Below are positions 12,388 to 23,329 of a stretch of 64,000 nucleotides of DNA, in pieces. The DNA lies in assembly GCA_035221665.1 (NCBI GenBank), contig CM069142.1:56482001-56546000 (forward strand), in the 5' to 3' direction. Made by a program: the position numbers and the translations under genes. The notes beneath the pieces are model-generated. The model had not been told where the DNA came from and did not search any database. It saw only the letters and a program-made list of their open reading frames with translations. This DNA comes from Okamejei kenojei (lineage: Eukaryota). How positions within the stretch are numbered: position 1 is the stretch's first letter; each line of letters begins with the position of its first letter.

Positions 12388-13460
12388 TCTAGTTTAGTTT
12401 AGTTTATTGTCACGTGTACTGAGGTACGGTCAAAAGCTTTCTTGTTGTGTGCTGTGCGGTTAGCGTAAAGACTATACATGATTACAATCAAGCCGCCCAC
12501 AGTGTACAGATACATGATAAAGGGAATAACGTTTAGTGCAAGATAAAGCCCAATAGAGTTTGACTAAAGATAATCCGAAAATCTCCAATCAGGTAGATGG
12601 TAAGTCAGGACTGCTCTATGGTTGGTGATAGGATAGCTCAGTTGCCTGATAAGAGCTGCGAAGAAACTATCTCTGAATCTGGAGGTGTGCATCTTATAAC
12701 TTCTGAACTTCTTGCCTGATGGGAGAGGCGAGAAGGAGGAGTGTCTGAGGTGAGACCCGTCCTTGATTATGCTGGGTGGCCTTGCTGAAGCAGCGTGAAG
12801 TAAAGATGGAGTCAATGGAAGGGAGGTTAGTTTGCTTGATGGTCTGGACTGTGTCTATAATTCTCTGCAATTTCTTGCGGTCTTGGATGGGGCTATTAGC
12901 AAACCATGCTGTGACGCATCCCGACAAAATGCTTTCTGTAGAAGTTGGTGAGAGTTGGTGGGGACATGTTGAACTTCCTTAGCCTTCCAAAGAAGTAGAA
13001 GTATTGGTGTGCTTTCTTGGCTATTGCTTTGATATGGCTGGTCCAGTTGCTGCTGATCATTACCCTTGGGAACTTGAAGCTTTCAACTGTCTCTTCTTCG
13101 ACACCGTCAATGTATTCTGGGGTATGCGTATTGGTTTGCTTCCTAAGTCAATCACAATCTCCTTTGCCCTGCTGACATTGAGGGAAATGCTGTTATCTTG
13201 GCACCAGGTTACGCCAAGCGCGCGGCCAGGGACTCCATCAGGGCCAGTTGCTTTTCATGGGTTTACCCTCAGGATGTAACTTCTGCAACACTTACCCTGA
13301 GAAAAAGCACCCTTGTGTCGGATAGGACAGATTTCACATGCTCAAAGCGAGCATAGAATGCATTAAGTTCATCAGGTAGGGCTGCACTATCAACAGTGAT
13401 GTTGCTTGACTTCGCTTTAAAGCCATTATAGTATTCAGTCCTTACCACAATCTGCAGGTA
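12388..13460 (-). mobile_element. Rex1/Babar-clade LINE, truncated and internally deleted
   Basis: SGCVTAWFAN...DRKKLQRII...LPSIDSIFTSRC and PLPSGKKFRS...TSRFRDSFF match the Rex1 C-terminus. A GPDGVPGR motif lies near 13225-13250. (CTAAA)n tail. Confidence 0.85.
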
Positions 13461-13659
13461 AGAGAGAAAATGTTCTCAAATAGAGAAAGTACATATTGCA
13501 ATGTTGTGATTGCAGAAGTGCAAAACCAGGATGAGAAGTTTACTAGTTGCATTCAACATTATTCAATAAGAGTTGCCTAAAATTAGGAGACGCTTGAAAA
13601 CATATGAGTATTGATTAGCTGATCCTCTTGTTGTATGGCATTACTCCAGCACAGGTCTT

Positions 13660-13713
13660 GGGGTGGAAGATTGCAACCTTCACGCGGTCTGCCCTGTTTC
13701 CACTAATGCAATC
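13660..13713 (+). ncRNA. HDV/CPEB3-like ribozyme fold, copy 2
   Basis: P1 GGGGUGG/CUGCCCU with G1.U wobble, P2 GAUUGCA/UGCAAUC, P3 ACC/GGU, L3 UUCACGC, J4/2 CUAA (candidate catalytic C at 13703). Confidence 0.8.
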
Positions 13714-13799
13714 AACTCGACGTGCACAAACGGAAGATCAAATAGAACAAGTTGTCCAACAACTTTAGGCCGTGCACGCCACACGAAAGAAGAAGAAGA
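13660..13799 (+). mobile_element. ~140-bp ribozyme-headed short retroposon, copy 2
   Basis: Homologous to 7151-7288. (GAA)n tail. TSD AGCACAGGTCTT (13648-13659) / AGCACGGGTCTT (13800-13811). Confidence 0.9.
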
Positions 13800-14093
13800 A
13801 GCACGGGTCTTGCAGAACAATATGAAAAATAACTTGGAACTTGATAGAAAACAAAAGCAGAACATGCTGGCAACACAAGCAGTCAGTTGGTATCTGCATT
13901 AAAAATAAATTAATGATTTGGGTTGAAGAGCCACCATCAGAACTAAAAAAGTGTGAAAACAAGTTATTTTTAAGTTGACAAGATGGTGGAAGAGGAATGG
14001 ATTAGACAAAGGGAAACCTCTGGTAGGGTGTGCCAAGGTTCCCATGGTGATACAATGTTTACAAAGCAGTCTGGTTAATAGTTAATACAAAGC

Positions 14094-14224
14094 AGTCTGA
14101 AGAAGGGTTTCGACCCGAAACGTTGCCTATCTCCTTCGCTCCTTAGATGCTGCTGCACCCGCTGAGTTTCTCCAGCCTTTTGTGTACCCTCGATTTTCCA
14201 GCATCTGCAGTTCCTTCTTTAACA
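14094..14224 (+). mobile_element. Penelope terminal-repeat fragment, subfamily 2 (near-identical copies at 20965-21057, 22700-22790, 30421-30502)
   Basis: Shared diagnostic GCCTATCTCCTTCGCTCCTTAGATGCTGCTGCACCCGCTGAGTTTCTCCAGC after the hammerhead core. Confidence 0.85.
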
Positions 14225-17200
14225 CTGGTTAATAGATTAATGGGAAAAGTTGGAAAAGAAAATAAAACAAACAAAAGGGCATGTCAACGCTGTGAAATGC
14301 AGAATGGCTGGATCTGTGGCAAGATCTCTCTCTGTGCCAGGGATTCCCACCTTGCTACTCTCATGTGGATGGTATTAACCTAGAGACTGGTTTAGGCTTA
14401 GGCTTATTATTGTCACATGTACTGAGGTACAGTAAAATGTTTTATTTTGCATGCTATCCAAACAGATCAGATTTATAATACAGAAATACAATCGTCAAAC
14501 TGAAGTACAGTACCATAGAGAGATCAAAGGGGAAGATACAGAGTTCAGAACATAATTCTCAACATTGTAGCACATCAGTTCAGTAGACAAAGTCCAATGT
14601 CCACAAAGGGGTATAGGTGAATCCTACCGTACCAAATGAGATCAAGGATAGAACGAGTGGACCCTGTTTTAAAGGGAGACTGAGTTATCAACAAATATCT
14701 TGGTTTAATTAGTACCATATCTCCCCATGATTCATCATACTCCACTTAGACTGTGGTGATTTCCACATGTACAATGGACCATATAGGACACACGGGAAGA
14801 TAACTTAGGAATAATAATGTGATGCAAGGCAGCTTTTCTTTGGGAAATATCTAATAAAATTCCAATATTAATTCAAGTCAAAATAAACAAATGTAATTTA
14901 TTTTAGATGCTGCCTGACTTGCTGAGTTACTCCACCACATTGAATCCTTCTTTGTAAATCTTATGCCATATATTCACGCTGAATAAATTACAGTCACAAA
15001 CTAACCGGCTAGCACACATTTAGAAGGTGGAACAAAATCAAGGCACATAATGGAACTTGCATGGTTTCAGGAAGAATATGCAAATTCCACACTGATAATT
15101 CCTGAGGTCGGGATTGAACCCTGAATCTATGAGGCAGCAGCGTTAACTGACACAGTGCAGTAAGAGAAACGTAAAGAAAATAAAGAGAAAAAAATGTTTA
15201 CAACTTTGTTTTAAATATTAAATAGTACCTTCTTGAAGTTGATTTTGACTGTACTGATCTCCAATGCAGTAACAGCAGAAATCAGATCTGCATTATTTAA
15301 CTTTTGTATTCATGACAATTTTTGTCATTCCTATAATTTCACTATCCCTAATTTTGTCATTAGAACAAAAAGAGTAAACAAGATAAACTATGGAGCAACT
15401 CCAGCTAGTGGTATTTATACATTTGGATGCCAATTATTGAATAAATACAAAACAGTCATTGCATGCTGAAGGTTCGGATGGATCGTTGGAAGGAAAACAA
15501 GAATATTTCACAATCAGTGGCTTGATTGTAATTGTATTGCCCTAACTGAGTACGATAATGAATAAGTTCTCATGTTTTGCCAGTTAAATGTTTTAACAAC
15601 CAGGAAAGAAAGCACAAATGGGGTTGGGGTGGCATGCTTAAATAAAAAGCCAAATGTTGGCAAGATTCAGTCACTGGGCAGCTGCATGTGTTACAAAGAA
15701 TGAAATGAAGAATGGAATGAAACTTGCCTTTTATAACTTTCAGAAAGTAGCACAGTCTAGGCCCACTCCACATGTCCATCCTCAAGAAGACTACAGGAAT
15801 CTTAATTAATCAAATGGCCCAAAGTCAGCTGGCAGGTGTTTGTTAAACAACAGTTGTTTTGTTTGTCAGCTATATAGTAAAAGATAGCACGATGAAACAA
15901 ACACATTTAAATGCTCCAACTCATGCTTTCTACATAATTCATAGCTGAAGGTTTTTGGTTCACTCCACTCATTTGGCTGAAGGGGTTGTCAGGTGGTCCT
16001 TTGGTTTAGTTCATATGTACAAATATCAAAGACATACACTGACCAATTTCGGACTAAAATATGAACAGGTATTGAAAGTGGTATTGGAAATACAATCCGG
16101 CCCCTGTTTGTGAAAGATCACGTTGCAAAAAAAGGTTATCACAATGAACTGTGTGCTTAAGGTATTCTGAGCCTCGTCAGGCTGATCGATTGGTATTGAT
16201 GGTATTTGATAACAATGTCTGCCAATGTTGTCCATTAAAGAAGCAAGATTGTTTTTTGTTGTTATTTTTGTTATTGGACATTTTTGTCTTTGGTTAAGTC
16301 ATTGGGAATGGACCTCCACATAAATAAGGTAAAAGCTGTTACGCAAGGTGTATTTCTGACGTGATAAACATGCATAATTATGTGCAAGTGTGGAGGAGAT
16401 CACCAAATCCCAACCAGCTACTCAGCTAATCCTATTTAAAATAACATATAAACATAAAATTTGTTTTAGGAGGTTAAGACCTCTTCAGGTCTTATTGTCT
16501 TCTCTGGAACGTCAAAGGTTGAGGGGAGACAATAAAAGTATATAAAATTAAGAGAGGCATAGATAGAGTAGACAGTCAGAACCTTTGGGCCGAAGGGCAT
16601 TTTCCTGTTCTATGTTTTATGTACACAAACACTTAGCATTACAGGTAGAAGCATTAAATAGCACCTGAGACTCACCATATTATATATACGTTCATAGGGC
16701 AAAACCTGTAACAGACTACTAGGTTACAGTATTACTGTTTGATGTTCCATTCCATTGTACATGTGGAACTGATTATAGTCTGTGAAATGTGATGTATTGT
16801 GTGGAGATACTGTATAAATTAAAACAAGGTATCTGTAGATAATTCAGTCAAGCAGACCCACTCATGCCTTCCTTGATCTGGTTTGGCATATCAGCATCAT
16901 GATTTACACCATCTCCATGAGGTAGCAAGATGGGGACTCTTGGCACACAGAGTCTCTGCACATCCAAATGGAACTGAATGAGCATCATCCAAGAATGGAC
17001 TTCATCCAAGCATAAATATTTCAATTTATCAGGAAGTGTTTTTTTTTTTTTTCAATTCTTTAAGAATAGTCAAGCAGAAATTTGAATTTCTTTCAAATCG
17101 TCTCCAAAAATTATTGGATAAAATCATTACAAATAAAATCTAAGTGGTGTCCTTATTATCACATCTTGTGGCTCTTGCCAAGTAGATTAGATCCAAATCT

Positions 17201-18106
17201 GCAATGAACTAAAACGTGTTGATTTACCTCCCATGCCAGTGTCATTTAAAATGCAGCTTGACATTATAATCCAGACAATCACACACACCTACACGTTTTG
17301 AAACAAATTATAGAAATAACAGTTTTACTGTAATGCATCAAATGTCAAATTTCTATCACAACAGATTTATTTCGGAACAGTACCAAGTCTACTTAAATAT
17401 AATTGTGCAGTTTCAAAATGTAATTCATATCAATGCTGTCAATTAGAGGACTTCGGGGTGTAGTTAATTATTCAGGAAAAGGAAGTTTTTGTTTCGATAA
17501 AGCTGACCAAATGTCAGTAAAATATTTATTTGTGACATTAAGCACGAGTGATGGAATAAGTAGCAAGGTGTCAATGATGGAGAGATGCAGACATCATCAA
17601 TACACTCCCTCCAGCCCTCAAACACGATTCAGAATCTTGAACAGGCAAATGGGAAGGGAATGTCTTCTAGACTCCCTTTGACTCTATCATATCTTCGGAC
17701 TGTTAGCTTCATCGGGGTTCTAAAAGCGACGATCTCTGCCCGCACTGCGATTAGTAATATCTCGCCTCGCATGTAAAACGAGATTGAACCACATTCTGTG
17801 CAACTTCTTGTGGGCTTTGATCTAACACATAAAGATGGACAAAATGCCACACAATTCGGTCATCGTGGTTGACAGTTTTTTTTTTAAACTAAAAGCAAAA
17901 CTTTTTTTTTCCTTTAACATGCTAAACGCCGCCCGTCTTCGATTTTGGGGGGAATTTATCTGAAACTGATTGAGATGTCACAGGTAGTAAATTAACTCAA
18001 CTCGCTTCAACCAAACTCCGTCTGCCTGATCTGTTTTTTCATCCTCGTGAGCAGCTTCATTTGAACATAGCTTCTGCTGTATGAAACTATGGTTCTATCA
18101 TAGTTT

Positions 18107-18243
18107 TGATTAGTGCGGGTGTCAGGGGTTATGGCGAGAAGGCAGGAGAGTGGGGTTGAGAGGGAACGATAGATCCGCCATGGTTGAATGGCGGAATAGA
18201 CTTGATGGGCCGAATGCCTAATTCTGTTCCTATCACTTTTGAA
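18107..18243 (+). mobile_element. CR1 3'-end insertion with TSD
   Basis: GGTGTCAGGGGTTATGG...GGGCCGAATG tail flanked by CATAGTTT on both sides. A similar copy lies at 52408-52530. Confidence 0.8.
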
Positions 18244-18309
18244 CATAGTTTCTACAGACTTTTGTATCTGAAAGCGATTCCCTTGAATTAAAGAGATGTA
18301 TGTCTTCCT

Positions 18310-18490
18310 GTGTAGGAAGGAACTGCAAGATGCTGGTTTAAACCGAAGTTAGACATAAAAAGCTGGCGGAACTTAGCGGGACAGGCAGCATCTCTGGAGA
18401 GGAGGAATGGGTGCAGATAAAATATCACTCATTTCTCTTCAGAGATGCTGCCTGTCCCGCTGAGTTACTCCAGCTTTTTGCGTCTATCTT
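18310..18490. mobile_element. Palindromic Penelope-terminus-derived element
   Basis: Inverted arms AGCGGGACAGGCAGCATCTCTG / CAGAGATGCTGCCTGTCCCGCT. Confidence 0.85.
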
Positions 18491-20139
18491 GTATTTCTTT
18501 CTGTAAAGCTTCAGAATTTCTACTGAGCAAGTGAAGATAACTTAAGAAGGGCGTGCTGCTATAAGAATAAAGGAGCTAGTTATATGAGCGGGCTACGATC
18601 TAGTGCAATCATCTATCTATCCCGACGGCGCTGTTGGAGTGTGTTTTTATACAAGAAAGAGCAGTCTTGAACCAGATGCTGCCTATCCCGCTGAGTTACA
18701 CCAGCATTTTGTGCCTCCCTTCGATTTAAACCAGCATCTGCAGTTCTTTCTTACCCATAAAATTATTGTTTCCCTGACCTGGAATCTCAAAATAGTGTGA
18801 CAACAGTGTACAGAGAATGACAATCACGTTATAGCTCTTCAAAATAAAGTATGTATTATTTATGGTGTAATTGTCAAACTTTCGTGGGTAAAACCGCGTT
18901 TATGTAAAAAGTGGGTCAACATAAAGAATCTGACAAGGTGTAGGAACTGACAGATGAACAAACAAACTTATATTGAAAGTATTCCTTTCACTTCTTCAAT
19001 ACAAAATCACAAAACAGCTCAAAGACGGTGGTCAGTTTGTCTTCTGACTGTGTGTGTGTTTTTATAAATCTGACATTGATGGATTTACTTCTTCCAAAGT
19101 ACAAGCTACGGAATATTCAAAGCAAGGGACACACTTCTGGTTGAAGAGGAAGAGCCACACATTCAGCCCTACACAATTGTATTGACTTTGGCAGGACTAG
19201 AAAATGATGGATGGTGTGACAGACTTCAGATTTGGCAAACAGCAGAGTTTAATCCCCCCTTAGGCTAGCCATGTGCATGCCACCGAGTCCCCTGGTGCGA
19301 CGGGACACTAGAACAAAGTGTCAGGGTGGCCCAGATAATAATCGCATGATGCATTGAGGATTAAACTCTAAGGCTGACCCAATATTCATGAGTCGGGGCT
19401 AATGCTGATGTGAAAATGATTCTGAGGAGTTTGTCAAGACATCTCCAACAAGTGAAGACAAATGACGGAAAGAAAAATCTAAAGTTAAACATTAGAATGG
19501 GTATGAATGGGCAGGTCCAGAGATCAGCTTGACTTTGTTGACATCCATCGTGGTGGCCTCCTTGCATCTTGGGTCCATTTCACTACTATTCCCTGCAAAA
19601 CTCTTGAAATAAAAACATATCATGTTATTTTCTATTATAATCTCAACAATGACAATACGGTAACGAAATAAACCTAATCAATCTCTGTTACCTTCGATCG
19701 GTAGAAATTCTGAAGTTGTACGGGACGGAATAGGTCTCTTTAATTCAAGGGACTCGTTTTAAGATGCAAAAGACTATAGAAACTAGTTCATGTGATTTAT
19801 GTTCAATAATGCATCATACATGCTCATCGCAGGCCAGTTCTCGCACGATTGTCACATAATCGAGAATTTCATGATAATAAAACAAAAATAGCATTAAAAA
19901 ACAAACATTAAACAAGCCTTTTTAGTTCTACACTCTTTGATGCATTGTAATTGACTTAATATGAAATATTTGCTGGTGTAGACAAATATTGAAAATTGCA
20001 TAGCAGCATAACTACCAAGACTGCAGATTAAAATGTCTGTGTCTGGGCCACACTTTATTTGTTTATAAATGGCCCACTAAAGCTCTAACCCTCTTATCGT
20101 GAAGTAAGGTACTTGCACCTTCCATTCCCCAGCCCGGTT

Positions 20140-20410
20140 CATAGAGCTTTAGAATCAATGAAATATTTTAAAGTGTATTCACCCTTTGAACATAAGAAAT
20201 ATAGTAGCCATTTCTCGCGATAATGAGCAGATAATATGTTTTTGCGAGGCTGTTTGAGGGATAAACACTAGTCAGGAGATCAGGGAGAATACTCCTACTC
20301 GTCTCTGAAATAATGCCAGCGGCTCTTCTACGTCCCAGCGAGAGAGCAGATGGAGCTTTGGTTTACCCGTTCATTTGAAAGCCAGAACCTCAAAGATTGC
20401 AGCTTACTTA
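20140..20410 (-). mobile_element. Ancient Deu-domain SINE (SacSINE1/AmnSINE-like) remnant
   Basis: TTGAGGGATAAACACTAGTCAGGAGATCAGGGAGAATACTCC...GAAATAATGCC...GCAGATGGAGCTTTGGTTTA resembles the reverse complement of the Deu domain as recalled. Confidence 0.7.
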
Positions 20411-20729
20411 ATAGATAACACCAGTAATACAAAAAAAACAGCGTGAATTTCCATCCTCTCGTTCTGGCAGGGAAGCTTACCTGCGGACAGTGTATAGGAA
20501 ATTCAGGCACGTGCCACACTTGATTAATTTTGCTCATTTAGCGGATGATTAGACATATGTTTCCAATCTTCAACCCCCACAGGTGAGGTTAGCTCACGGA
20601 ATGGTGTGTGAGTACAAGTATGTGAGCCGGAAAGAACGGCTCACATAATCTTCCAATCGGCGACTGAAAGTAACGAAAATCCAAATTGCAGTGAGTGATT
20701 GAACGTTGCTCGTTGCAGATTAAGCCAAT

Positions 20730-20897
20730 GTGTAGAAAGGAACCTCAGATGCTGGTATATACCGAAGATAGACACAAAATGCTGGAGTCACCCAGCGGGT
20801 CAGGCTGGTGAAGGGTCCCGACCCGAAACGTCACCCATCCCTTTTCTCCAGAGATGCTGCCTGGCCCGCCGAGTTGCTCCAGCACTTTGTGTCTGTA
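20730..20897. mobile_element. Palindromic Penelope-terminus-derived element
   Basis: Inverted arms around GAAGGGTCCCGACCCGAAACGTC. Confidence 0.85.
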
Positions 20898-22399
20898 GCC
20901 AATTGAACGTTGTGTTGGCCGAAGGACGGACGCAAAGGCAGTAATAAAAGAAAATATATTGAACATCTGAAGGGTCTCGACCCGAAACGTCGCCTATCTC
21001 CTTCTCTCCTTAGATGCTGCTGCACCCGCTGAGTTTCTCCAGCCTTTTGTGTACCTTGGAATCAATGGCTGGGTTTAGTTGAGTTGTGTTTTGTTTATGT
21101 GAAACTCTCTTGGAATCTAATAAAAACCTAAATGCAGCAATTCACATTTTCTGAGAGGGAAAAAAATGACATTAGGTCATTGGTAATGGGAAAGATAATA
21201 CCTTAAAAACCTAGATTTAATTATTGTAAATTAGCAAATACATTAATCTGTTTTCAATCTTTGCGGTAATACTGAGATTTAAGGCCAAGATCCGTGTCTA
21301 AAGTTTAAATTGCAGTAAGACAAAAATCCTCAATTATATCAACAATAAAATCCAACAATGGCCGGAATCAGGAATTCGAAGGTAAAATACAGAAGGCTTC
21401 GCATTTCAGACAGCCTATGTGGAGTAACAAATAAGACATCATCCGAAGAAGGGTCTCGACCCGAAACATCGCCTACCCATGTTCTCCGGAGATGCTGCTG
21501 GTCTCGCTGAGTTACTCCAGCACTTTTGTGTCCTTTAGTGTATTGACAAGCGTCTGCAGTTCCTCATTTCTGCAGCCGACATTTCATGCCGGCGATCTGT
21601 CAACAAAAGTCGACCACATTGCTCGGCTCCAATCTGATTGGAATTTTAACCCCAGATCACTTAATGATCGGCCGGTGCTACATTTTCCTGTAACAGTAAA
21701 ACTATTAGGTTTCGCCATCATTATTCGCTAAAACTAACGCCAATTGTTTTGGATGTAAACTGGTGTAGACTGGCCCCACTCCCCAATCTTTGCACATCCC
21801 CAATCCCGGACTTTCCACTCGTCACTTTAATTTCGTGTATCTTGTTGTGTGTTATGACTGTTGCTAGACCAATTTCCCGCCTGGGATAAATAGCGCTATC
21901 GTATTGTATCCATGCACGCTCGTAATCCAAATTGCTGTTGGTGGCGGTTCAATGCCCTTCCAACAGCATTTCCGCCACCGTTATGGAAATGTTATACGGA
22001 TTACCCTGAAGTTTGGTTAGTAATCCCATTAAATAAAAAAGTTATACGTCTTGTGGCGGTACGTCGGCGAGTTTTCAAAAAACAAATTCTTGTTTAGAGC
22101 TAGATGGGGCTCTTAAAGATAGCGGAGTCAGGGGATATGTGGAGAAGGCAGGAACAGGGTATTGATTGGGGATGAATGGAATTGCCTAGGGGATGAATGG
22201 CCTACTCCTGCACCTATTGTCTATTGTCTAAATTAAGAAATAATTACTGCTTAAACCTTTCAGGCTCTTCAAAAACGTTTATTTCAAAAACGTTATAGTA
22301 AGTACTTCACTTAAGTACATTAAAATGGAAAGTTATTTAAACTATCAGATTTAGAAAATAAGGCAATTTACTTTAGTTTATAAGCATTGAATCATTGAA

Positions 22400-22638
22400 T
22401 TCAGCATTGAATCAGGCCCTTCGGCCCACTGAGTCCATGCCGACCATCGATAACTGTGTTATCATACTTCCTACATAATGAAGACAATTTACAGAGGCAA
22501 ATTAACCTACTAACCCACACGTCTTTGGGATTTGGGATGAAACTGGAGCACCCGGAGGACACCCATGCGGAAAACGTGTGGAACCCATCGAAGCACAGGT
22601 CTCTGGCGCTGTGAGGCAGCAGCTCTACCAACTGCGCC
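22400..22638 (-). mobile_element. HE1-type V-SINE
   Basis: Reverse complement carries GGGCGCAGTTGGTAGAGCTGCTGCCTCACAGCGCCAGAGACC head, V-domain and tail. Confidence 0.88.
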
Positions 22639-23329
22639 CTTTATATAGTTCCACTGCTACATGAACCAAACTCTTCTGTTCCATTCGCAACTTCGCCTCA
22701 CTGAAGAAGGGTCTCGACCCGAAACGTCGCCTATCTCCTTCGCTCCTTAGATGCTGCTGCACCCGCTGAGTTTCTCCAGCTTTTTGTGTAACCCCCCCTG
22801 AGAATTCTTATCTTGTTTGGCCTCTCAATTGGCTTAGAGATTTCACCTTTGAACCGAAGGAGGGAAATCCTAGTCTCAAAAGACTAAAAGACTAACACGG
22901 AACCACCAACAACAGATTTTATTTTTGTGGAGAGCTACGCTGTAATTTGAAAATGCTGGAAACACTCAGCAGGTCAGAAAACATCTGCGATGAAGGAAGA
23001 GTTAACATGGCAGATCGACACAAAAAGCTGGAGTAACTCAGTGAGTCGGACAGCATTTCTGGAGACCCTTCTCGATCCAAAACGTCACCTATTCCTTTTC
23101 TCCAGAGATGCTGTCTGAACCGCTGAGTTAATCCAGCATTTTGTGTCTATCTTCGGTTTAAACCAGCATCTGCTGTTCCTTCCTACAGTTAACATTGCAG
23201 GTTCGGGACCCCAGGTCACTGTCGTAACGTTTTCTTTCCTCGTGCTGACGAAGCGTCTCTGACCCACAACGTGAATTGATTCTTCCTCCACATATACTGC
23301 TTCGACTTTCTTAGAAGTTTAAAGAGAAT

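Noticed and set aside
17585-17850. Possible olig1 pseudogene in CpG-rich ORFs
   Set aside because: The frames I translated show no bHLH-like motif.
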